This document shows positions 27,701 through 39,700 of a DNA stretch of 64,000 nucleotides, in pieces (the first letter of the stretch is position 1; each line of letters starts with the position of its first letter). The notes beneath the pieces are model-generated. The model was not told where the DNA came from. It made no database searches and was given only the letters and a program-made list of their open reading frames with translations. The translations under genes and the position numbers were made by a program. This DNA is from Mytilus californianus (lineage: Eukaryota). The stretch spans positions 1,612,001-1,676,000 of the forward strand of contig NW_026262667.1 of the NCBI RefSeq assembly GCF_021869535.1, given 5' to 3'.

Positions 27701-30700
27701 ACCGCCTATTTGGTACATTTGCTGAAATAAATCATTGCAGTTATTTAACATGTACCAAAATGACTTATGTAGACATATTTGTTCTAAACTTTTCCACAAA
27801 TAAAATTTATAATCACAATGTAAATATACTGACCATAGTTTATCTAGAATAAAACATACCTTAACAAGAATGTTTCCATAGTACACGGATGCCCCACTCG
27901 CACTATCATTTTCTATGTTCAGTGGACCGTGAAATTGGGGTCAAAACTCTAATTTGGCATTAAAATTAGAAAGATCATGTGTACTAAGTTTCAAGTTGAT
28001 TGGACTTCAACTTCATCAAAAACTACCTTGACCAAAAACTTTAAACCTGAAGCGGGACAGACGGACGAACAGATGGACGAATGAACAGACGCACAAAACG
28101 AAAAACATAATGCCCAACTACTATAGTAGGTGGAGCATAAAAACTGCTAAAGATTCCTATGAAGAAACATATATAACACACCATCAATTGGGATTCTGTG
28201 GATTCATTATCATTCGTGGAAAACTAATTTTCATCAATTTCATGGGTAAAGATAAACCATGAAATTTAGATGTTCAAAAATTGAAAGTACAAATTTTCTA
28301 TAGGCTTGTAATGCAAGCCCAGACAAAACCACGAATTCAAATATCCACGAAAATACAAATTTTCCTCAATCCATGAAAATTGGTAATCATAATAATAAAT
28401 GAATCAACAGTAGTTTGATTACCAAGCTCAACACATTGACAAAGAGAACAACACAGTCACACATTGGTAGTTGATAAAGGGAAAAGAAATGCCTCAGTCT
28501 GAGATGCAAGTCAAAGTTTACATTAGCAACTTCAACTAATCTGCTTATATATATAATGAATTTTATCCACTCTAATCTCTATTTTGGATTCTTGACTACT
28601 TTAAAGTATACTAAACAATAAAAAAACACACCAACTCCATTAATTTCTTTGGAGTGAAAATTTCTATTACATATATCTTTTTAAAAAGTGATTGAAATGA
28701 GTAAAATTTTGAAAAAATAATTCTGTCAAAATGAGGATTTTTATAAAATTTCTTTGACTTTTCAAAATCTCTGTTATCACAGAGATATGCGAGATATGTC
28801 TCTCCGTTTTGTTATTTTGATAGTAAAATGCAAATGTTGAAACTAAAATGGCAATACTTTAACTTGTAAGTTATGCAAAATATTCAAAGTCAAGGCACCA
28901 TTGACTGAAGGTACAGTGCCAAACAATCTACATGGAAATGACATGTGCCAATGCTAATACATATGCATACCAAATATCATTGACCTACCACTAGTAGTTC
29001 CCATAAACTGACCTAATCACAAACTAATACATGTAAACTAAGTAAAATTTTCAAAATCAATAGACCATGACTGAGGGGTGGGGCCAAACAATCTCCATTA
29101 AAATGAGATGTGCCAATGCAAATACAACTGCATACCAAATATCATTGACCTACGACTAGTGGTTCCTCATAAACTGACCTAATCACAAACTAACGCAGGT
29201 AAAGTAAGCAAAAGTTCAAAGTCAATAGACCATGACTGAGGGGTAAGGACTAAATATTATCCATGGAAATGAGATGTGCTAATGCTTATACAACTACATA
29301 CCATTCCCCTATAAACCAACCTAATCCCAAACTAATACATGTAAACCAAGCAAAAGTTTCAAAATCAATTAGACCATAACTGAGAGGGCATGGCCAAACA
29401 ATTTTTTAAAATTTTTAAGGGTTATATTCCTAAAAAAAACACTGATAGCTACATGACTGAATGTGGAAGCTACTTTTAAGTTCCAATTGCACAAAAAAAT
29501 CAGCCTTTGGTAGCATTTAATACTATATTCCAGTGCTGATTGAAGACTTTGTATATATCTTTTTCTTGTGACTTGTTTTTAGAACAATGCAGTGCCACTT
29601 AAACATTGGCTTATACGTGTATTCATATATTTCATTCTTACAATATTCATGTTAAGAGCAATTCAGAGCATAAAAATAAATGACTTTCAAATAAAATAGT
29701 TTGAGGATTTTGTGCTGTTGACAGATGCAACTTTCTCTATTGAAATTATTTACAGCTTGTCTAGAAACCTGGGGCTTTATGGAGCTAATACCATACTCCT
29801 GTGTCCATTTCTGAAGGCTAATTTCTGGTGACCTCTCAATGTCGTTATAACAATAGGTTGCTCATTGATGTATACCAAATATCTCATGTCAATCATAAGT
29901 TCTTTTTTAGGACAACCGTGAATCAGTATAAAGAAGTTGATCCATTTAAAAAAGGCACGGTACAATAATTATCTGGGAATAAAGGTATATATTTTTACTT
30001 AAATGAAAGGATTTTTTTTAAAGTATTGTTAGTAGCTGTCACGATTTGGGGCCATTTATACAGTACAGAAAAAATTGTGATTCAAATTTAAAAAACCCAG
30101 ATGATACAGAAAAATTTCACTAATATATCATACAAAGTCGTGTCATTTTATAGAACATGGATGAGTGGCAAAGAAAAATTCTAATAATTAGTAAAAAAAA
30201 TAAGAAGGTGTGGTTTTATTGCCAATGAGGCAACTCTCGAAAAGGCCAACAAATACTTTTCATTAATCTTTTTTCCATGTAAATAAACAGTACATTTGAA
30301 CTTAAATTAATAATGTTCTGATGTTCCTTGACAGTTTTCAGGATGAGAAAGCCAAAAAAGATAATTGTTGTCCATTTATTAACATTGACATTGACTTTGA
30401 ATTTAGCATTTCTCATAATATATTAATGAAAAAATGGAAGACTTTTCTTCCTATAGTAAATCGCAACCAAGTATAAGAACTATCCATCAAATCATTCCTT
30501 TAAAATAAAAAGACTTTAACAATCAAAGTAAAAATTATTCAGTAAAACATTATGTGTCTTAAACATTTTGAAATAGACATTAATTAACTAGTTTAAAACC
30601 GTATTTAAAATATTATTTCACTATTTCTTAATGTAAATTATGTACAGATTTTCTTGTACATTTACAAGAACACAAATAATCTTTTATATTCTAGATTTGG

Positions 30701-33700
30701 AGATGATAATAGATTATTACAAAACAATTGATTGTGCATCCAAAATCTTGGAATTGATTTTTTTTTTCCTGAAGTTATTGATATAAATAATCAAAGATTA
30801 AAACCGGGGATATGACTTATTCATAGACAATTATGTCATTCACTACATATATGGAACTATCTTGAATAATTGTCAAACTGTTATGTCAGACTGCAGTTTA
30901 AATAAAATGTAACCCCAATACCATCCAAAACATATGTGAATCTTGTTTCCTTTAAAATAGAAAAAAAAGAAATAAAAGCAAATACTGATTATTTTTTGTA
31001 TCATACAGGGACAGCCATTTATGAGTGTACAACTGATGGTATAACAAAAGAAAGGGCTGTATCGTAAGACATTTTGTTTATATTCAATAAATAGTTGCAA
31101 TGTGTAATTTGGTTTTTAATGTACTCCAAATATTTAGCTATTATACGTAAACATAAGTTCATCTCAAATTCACTTAAGCAGGTGATCCTTGCTTTATTTT
31201 CTTGTGCACTTTGGGATTTTGTATCATGAATTGATAAACCAGATTCTCTTGTTTCCATTTATGGATCTTTTCAGAGTTTTTTTCTGTTTTCCTCATACCT
31301 GTAGTATGGAGAAATTTTTTTTTCATTTGTATATAAGTTGCACATCAAGTTTGCATTTATTTTAAGATCTCCTTTTCAGAGAATTACAGTCTTATACTAG
31401 GCAGTGACATTAGTACCTCCAAATGTATATAGTTAGTTACTAAGTATTGTTAGTCAAGTAAAGAGGAAGACATGATTTACTAAAGGGTTCACAGTGAATC
31501 TATGTAACCAGGTTCAATATGAATCTAATGGTTCAATGTGAATCCATTGTTTGCCATTTCATCAGTACAAATCTAATCAGTAAAGAAAAGACAAAGGGAT
31601 GAGCAATAGCATTGCTTTTACAGAACTTCAACCATCTGACAGTTAGTTTTGTGCATTTACCAATTTTAACAAAAAGAACTTGACCATGTTGACAGAGACA
31701 ACTTACATGGTAGTATATTGACGTCTGCACAGGAATAGAAGATATAATCTCCACAGTTCCCTGTTGTCCATTCTCCAGCCTGTCTTATCAGCTGAATGGA
31801 ACAGTTGCGACATTCTGTATTCGGTAAAGTTATTTGATGACTTAAAATTCTGCAAACAAAAAGAAGAAAATTGTCTTAAACAAACCACACATTAAATACG
31901 GAGGTAAAAGGTTCCCATGACTTTATTTAATTTGGATGTTTAACTATTAAATATTTTTACTCTTTAGCATACAAATAGTTTGGTAAGTAAAAAACCATTG
32001 CACATAATGTCATGTATTATTAGATAACTGTCGTATAAGGTCCAAAACCACATATGGTTTGTTATTCATTGCTTTTAAAATTCTTCTGTGATGAGATACT
32101 GTTGAAATAATAAGTCAATATATCATTACAATGTATTGGTGCTTCCCTTCACTTGATCCTAAATTCCTAGATTTATAATTGCAAATTCTTAGCTACGTTC
32201 TTGGGGAACTTTGTAAGTTCCATTGTCAGAGGAATAGCTTAATGGGCATAGGGTTCTGGTTTGATGATGCAGTGGTAATGGAAGGAAAATTATGCTCCAC
32301 AGTTACATACAAAATTTCTAGTTGGTTTATTTACAAGCATGGAAAATTAATGTTTAGTATAATTTTCAGCCAAAATGTTTAAACATGCAAGGGGGAAACA
32401 ATGAAATGCTATATATTTAATAACAGTACAATGTATTATAATATATACTTTATAAAAAAAAAATACTTAACATTTTCAAATAGTCTTCAACCTTAAAAAC
32501 ATTTATTTACTTACGTTGGATCATTTGCACCAGTATAACGGCCATTTTGTGTTGATGTAAACACCTGGACCTCTTGTTCATTATGATCTAATAACGCTAT
32601 TCTGTAACCTCCCTATAAAGGAAAAAATACAGATATCTTTTATTAATAAATTAACCTACAATGATAACTATGGTATCATTATGAGTGAGAATTTGATATC
32701 ACTTGATATCAACTTGAGTTATTTAATTTCAATATAATAATAAATGAGCCTTTGGCTTTTTTAAGTTGTTAAACTTTTTTCTCCCATGGTAAAAGAGACT
32801 TCGGATTTCGCAAATGTCGCTTCAAATATAAGTCTGCCAAAGGAATTGAGAAAATTGTGTCAGGAACTAAGACTACTATTCAATGAGATATTTTCAAGCT
32901 TTTAATATGCTTCCTTATGCAATCAAATTTGACATAAAGATTATTTCCAGGTGAGCATGTGAGTGTATTGAAAATCACAAATCTCTGATACCAAGGGTCC
33001 ATTGTGACCTTTGAGTCCTCATACACCTAACGAATAGCCATTGGAAATGTTGCATTAACACATTTTTCTAATCATTTATTCACATCACCATACATTGTGA
33101 TACAAAAATATCACTTCATGCAGGAAAAAGATAACAGTCCACAACCAATATAAGAAAATGAGGGGTATATACTGAAGGTATCAATAAGTAGTAAGGAGAG
33201 TTCTTTTGATCATATTTGCTGAAACTATGATTCAAGAAGCCAAGCAAAACTAGCTTTTCCACATTGTACTTATTACTTCTAGAAATTGTCATACTGATGA
33301 CTGTAAAGATGTATGTAATCATTTAGTACGATAATCATATCATATATCAAAAATTTTCAGTAGATACAGTGTGACAACATACTCTCTAAAAATTCATATA
33401 TAGGAACAAAAGCTGTGTTAAGGGTTTTGTTTGAACTAAAAACTTAATCGCTACAAAATCATTTATATTTTACATTAAAATCTGTAAGTTCTTTTTAAAT
33501 ATTAAGAATATGAACATGATGAAGATGTCAAGGTAGAAAAATGGGATACTTAAATATTTATTCTAAAATAACGCCATGTAAATATTTATAAGAGAGGAGC
33601 TGTTCATATAGACATACATGACTGAATTAAGTTATTTAGTTGGTTCATGCTCTTAAATATTTTGTGAGAAAGTGAACCATGATTTGAAGATCAACCAAAA

Positions 33701-36700
33701 TCTTCTATCTTAACAAAAGTACACAAAAGTGGCCTTTTCATGATGTGATTGCAACATTTATTCATTTTATTGTGATGCTAGACTGGACAGCATGTTATAT
33801 TTTTTTGTATTTTCTTAACATTTATAGAGACATAAAAGGAAATCTACATTTTATAAAAAAAATAAAACTTACATATTTGAATATATATCTGTTATTACAC
33901 AGACCAAATAAAGCTTTATTTAAATCCCCTCTTTCAAACAAGGGTTGAGTAACCTATTGCCCCTAGAAATGTTTCTGTTGCAATATCACCTCTAATTACA
34001 CATATTAGTCTCCCAATTCTAATGCATCAAATTCCCCCTATAATTTTTCATTTGGAACAGAGCATGTTGAAGCTTTTCTGAACAAATTTATAAACAAAAC
34101 AAACTAAAATATCTTTTTAAGCTGTCATGACTGTATTTAAAATTTTTGTTTTCTCTTCTTTAAAGCAAATATTGTTTAATTAGATTATAGATCTATGAGT
34201 AAACAATGAGTATAAAGCCTAGGCTTATTACAAGACCAGTTCATCAGGGAAACAAACAAAAGATTTGAGAACCTAATAAAGTAAACTTAAGGTAGTTCTG
34301 CATCATTTCATGTACCTTTATTGTTACATTTCCAATGTAAGTGAAGATTTTTTTTTTTTTTTAAATGTTGAAGTACTAGTATTGAACACAAAATTGAGCC
34401 ATGGTAAGCTATAAAGCTATTTGTGTCTTCAATATTCTAATCGTGTTAAAGGTACATGTCTGCCTCAATTTAGAATAAAATTGAGAATGGAAATGGGGAA
34501 TGTGTCAAAGAGACAACAGCCCGACCAAAGAGCAGAAAACAGCCAAAGGCCACCAATGGGTCTTCAACACACCGAGAAAAACCTGCACCCGGAGGCGGGC
34601 TTCAGCTGGCCCCTAAATAAAAATGTGTACTCAGTTCAGTGAAAATGGAAGGTTATAAATATAGTATAAAAAATATTTGTCTGTCATTACCTCTGTGGCT
34701 TATATGAACTATACTTACTGGCATATTTTCTAACATAAATAACAATAACTAATTTATCATTTCATTTAAAAAAAAATTGAGAAACACCATCTACATAAAC
34801 TTGAAGGATCAATTCAATTAACTGAATAAAATTATTATTTATCTTATAAGAAGTCACAGTATGGGAATGATCAACATATATTATTTACAAAAAAATAGAT
34901 ACCACTATGTAAAAAAAGATATTCAACATTGCTGATACAAGAAAAAAATCATGGAAAAATAATATTCCTAGCTGATATTTCATCAAAATGATACACACTG
35001 TTCTGTTTGTAATTTAACCAAGTGAAATTTGAAAGAGGGTTTTACTGATGTTCCATTTCAAGCAGTTATTTAAGCGTTAACTATCATTTTTGACTTTTAA
35101 GTGCTGCCAATCCATTTCAGAAATCTAATAAAGATTTCCCAGGAAAGACACTTGGGCATGTACCCCCTTTTTCTTCTTTATATATTTAAGGAAAAAACTT
35201 TGTTTAATATGTTTTGACTCTTAAATATCATTATTATTTCAGAGGTGGATTTAGGGGGCAGCCAGGGAGCCTGGCCCCCTTATGAAGCTTCATTTATGAT
35301 AAATACAGACTTTTACAAGTATCACTCCAAACACTGGCTTGCCAGGGGGCCCTCAAAATCCTGGATCCACACCTGTATTTTACATTAACTGTATTCTATG
35401 AGTGATGTCCCTCTACTCTTATTTTATTTTATGGAAAATAAGAGTAGATGCCAGCCAGCTAGGGGCATCACTAAGTTACTTAGTAAGTACACCGCAAGAG
35501 CAGACCCTGGACTGGTCTGCCACGGGTATTATTCTATTTGGATTTTTATATATATGCTTTATTGATACAGAAAGGTGTCAAAGCAAAATCAAAATAGGCT
35601 TCCAAGACTTATACTTATGTGGACTATTCTGAGATGGTCTGAGATTACTATTGCCAGAGACATATAATACAATGTATTATATGTCTATATAATACAATGT
35701 ATCATATGTCTGCTATTGCACAGGACTACTGAACCACCTGCTTTTTTACTGTCTCTTCCTTTTTAATATGTAAGGGGGCGTTCCTTGTCGTTCATAATGT
35801 CAGTCAAAATAATGACTTCATAAACGAAGCATAATGTATAGTATATACCGACTTATAATGCGATGTCTTGCATCCTGTAAATAGTTGGTCGAAGTATGAC
35901 TGATAGTAGACCGGAAATCTATTTACTAATTTAAAAATAAAAATCGGTAGTTACTTTCCGGATGCACTTATTTTATATTTATTTTGATAGAACGGTGTGT
36001 AGAACTGATCGGGATCATGAAATTGATCACTTATTTCGTATGAGTAATTGATGAAATTGTTGTCCAAGTTATGATTTTGTCGGAGATAAAGTTGTTATGA
36101 TCAATCGGTTAACCGAGGATTTAAGACAAAAGATATTCGGCCTGATAAGCATGAAACTGAGCTGGACCCCATTACATAGTATTTTATAAATTGGTAAAGC
36201 AATAAAACAATATGATTTGAAATTCTTTTACCACTTTTGCGCTACTTCATGCTCGTCTATTTTTAGAGAATCCACGGATTCTATCATGGATTCGCGAAAA
36301 ATACAAAAGCGTGTGCGTCAAATGTTCTTCTTGCACAATGTTTCGTCAATACAGTTATTTTAAAGCTAGTTTGATTGACTATCCATCGCAGAATACAATA
36401 TTACCAGGCCCGGTTTAATGATTATTTGAATTAAAAAAATAAACATTATACCTCCAACATTATGCAACTATCTTTACTGCACGTGATGGTGCTTAATGCT
36501 TCAAGGTCGTTAATTCTTAATGCTTCAAGGTCGTTAATTCTTAATGCGTCAAGGTCGTTAATTCTTAATGCTTCAAGGTCGTTTACGTTAATTCTTAATG
36601 CTTCAAGGTCGATAATTCTTAATGCGTCAAGGTCGATAATTCTTAATGCATCAAGGTCGTTAATTCATAATGCTTCAAGGTCGTTAATTCATAAAACTAC

Positions 36701-39700
36701 ATGTTCAATCAAAATATACGAAGAAAACATTTCTTCGTATGGTAAAGTTCAATATGATAATGATATTTTAGTGGCCCACAAAATGTCTATACTATATGAT
36801 CCTATATTCCAAGCTCTAAATCACCCTGAAACCTAAAGAGTTGTGAATAAAGAGCCATAGAGCCAACTTTCTTTGCTTTCTTTTACATTATTTCACACTC
36901 TGACCAATTGATTCATACTATCTGCATGGTAAATTATAAATGTTAATCAAAGAAGGCATAAGAAGGACAAGACATAAGAATGACATTCTTAACCTAAATC
37001 TAAACCCTGCAAGATGTTTGTCTTTCAGAAACAAATTGTTAAAATTTACAAAATAAAAATCAAATTGTCTTCAAAAGCAATGTAGAGAGCGTTTTTTTTT
37101 TTATTGATATATGTATAATTGTTGACACTCTTTCAATAAAATTGAGAATGGAAATGGGGAATGTGTCAAAGAGACAACGACCCGACCATAGAGCAGACAA
37201 CAACCGAAGGCCACCAATGGGTCTTCAATGCAGCGAGAAACTCCCGCACCCGGAGGCGTCCTTCAGCTGGCCCTTAAACAAATATGTATACTAGTTCAGT
37301 GATAATGGACGTCATACTAAACTCCAAATTATACACAGGAAACTAATATTAAAAAATGATACAAGATTAACAAAGGCCAGAGGCTCCTGACTTGGGACAG
37401 GCGCAAAAATGCGGCGGGGTTAAACATGTCAAGTATACTATTAAAGTTTTTTTATATTCATATTCCATTAGCTTTTAAAAACTTGTGTATTTTAATATTT
37501 TAATAAAAATAACTGTATCAGTATAACTTTTTGTTGGCAATTTGGTTTTTTTGCAATACCAAAATGGTTACTCGGCTTATTGACATATAAGTCTGTTGAA
37601 ATTTTGAATTTGTTTACAAAAAGGAAATTGGTCCTTTAACCGGGAATTATCTACGTTGTAACCACATTCTCCTCGTGTGAACAACGGACTCGTGCCCGAT
37701 TAACGGATAAACCAAATGGACGTGATATAGCTTTGCTTAGAGGTTTGGTTTATTCCCTCTCCTGATAATCTATGTATACCTTGGAACTAGGCAGAGTTTA
37801 TCCTGAAACATTTGCAAGGCGTTTTAACTTTGTGTATACTGAGCAATATGTATCCCATAAAGTTCAATGGTAAGTTCTGTGACATTGTTGTCCTGTATGC
37901 AGCCGGATTAGTGTTTACAGTTTCTCCTGGTCGCCATTCGTTTGAAGTTTCAATAAATTTGACACTGACCAATGAGTATTAGAACTCAAAAATCGTCGTT
38001 TTGGGGTTGTTTTTTTTTTCTCGTCGGATCAGAATATGCCATTTTTAGGGACCAACCATCCACTATTAAACATTTTTTACATAGATTTAATGGGCTCCAT
38101 GTTGTCATGTTTTTCATTTAACCGAAACAAAATGAAGAATCTTTGTTAAAGATCTTCCATTCATTGTTTTGCAAAAGTATGAATTAGTTTGGCTTAACGA
38201 CTCCAGACACAGAGATGACGTCGGAAACTTGACTGTTTCATGCAGATATGAAAATGTGTACACACGACGGAACTTACTCATGTCGTTAGATTTCTCGTTT
38301 TAATTGTTTTACATTTTTCATTTCGGGGCCTTTTGTAGCTTACTATGCGATATGAGTTTTGTTCATTGTTGAAGGCCGACCTATAGTTGTTAACTTCTAT
38401 GTGATTTGGTCTGTGGTGGAATGTTGTCTCATTGGCAATCATACCACATCTTCTCATTTTTAAATTTACCCCAGCAGATGAAGAAACAAACTTCTTCTAT
38501 AGCCATTTGAGACCGCATGGAATAAACAAAAAAAAAATGATTGCTGAGTCGTTGAAACAATTCCGAGAAGAACATTTATGAGACCAGACTAAAATGACAA
38601 ATACTGAACAAACCTTATGTGGATAAGCTGTATGCCACTGGACATTTATCGTTTCTTCAGTTAATAGATCGGTTACGGGTCCAAGGCCTGTTGATTGTAA
38701 AGCATAACGCATATATATATAATGCAAACAGTTACAAAATAAACAAATTGAAAATAAAAAAGATATAAACAATAATAGCAAATATTCTGCATATGCTGGC
38801 TTTAAGCCACATTCGTAGCCTTATCAATGGAAATAATTGTATTGCTGAATTTCACTAAATGGACATTTGCACATGAATTTGGACCCTTTCATTGTTAATC
38901 TAGATAAAGAACAGCACAAAGAGCGTTTTTCAATTTATAATATATATTCACATACCAGGGGTGGGGTGATCTCCAACTACCCTGTATGGTACACATACAT
39001 ACCTGATTGTATTCCCCATGAAAAATCAGTTAAAGCTCAAGATTCTATATATATAATGGCCTTTCAAGTCTTCCCAGAGGCCAGAGATTCACAGGATTTG
39101 GATTTGACTTTTGTTAAGAAATTAAAAAAAAAACAAAAAAAACTTTGTTTTATTAGTTTTTTTTATGACTGTAGGCAATCTACTAGTAATTAAAATTTTG
39201 ATCTATCGTCATATAAGTAAAACGAAATCAGAGATCTATATTTTATTTAGATTGATCTGTATACGTATGACACGTTTTACTATTAGATATATTCAAACTT
39301 TTTAATTTCATTTATATATACAGTTTAATTGAAGCCTTAGACTTCATATCATATAAAAATTAAAATGATGAAAAAATATGGATTAAAAGCTTATCATAAT
39401 AACTTGTTCGACAAGTCATTCATTGTCAGACAAAATGTTTTTGTTTTGAATACAACGGTTTAAATATAGAATTTAAATACCCGTTTTATACATTACAGGG
39501 AGTTGGCATTATTTTCTATTGTATAATATAGTTACAAGCGGCAATATATTATTTACCTTTTGGAATTCCACATGGTGCAATAGTCCTGATATTATCCATG
39601 AAATCAAAAGCATATTTCCGTGCTGGTGGAAATTTCAAAGCAATGTGTCCGGCAACACCCGAAAATGTACATAGGGTGAAAACAATCAATGAAGTAATTC

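Noticed and set aside
28778-28803. Fifth CAGAGA…TATGTCTCT palindrome
   Set aside because: Arms are degenerate and there is no 7-bp duplication, so it is not counted as a footprint.
36462-36836. 124-aa ORF with LILNASRS repeats
   Set aside because: By-product of a stop-free 24-bp minisatellite, antisense within an intron, with no splice or domain support.
38867-39193. 108-aa plus-strand ORF in intron 1
   Set aside because: TTG start, no recognisable motifs, low-complexity A/T tail; likely a chance ORF.
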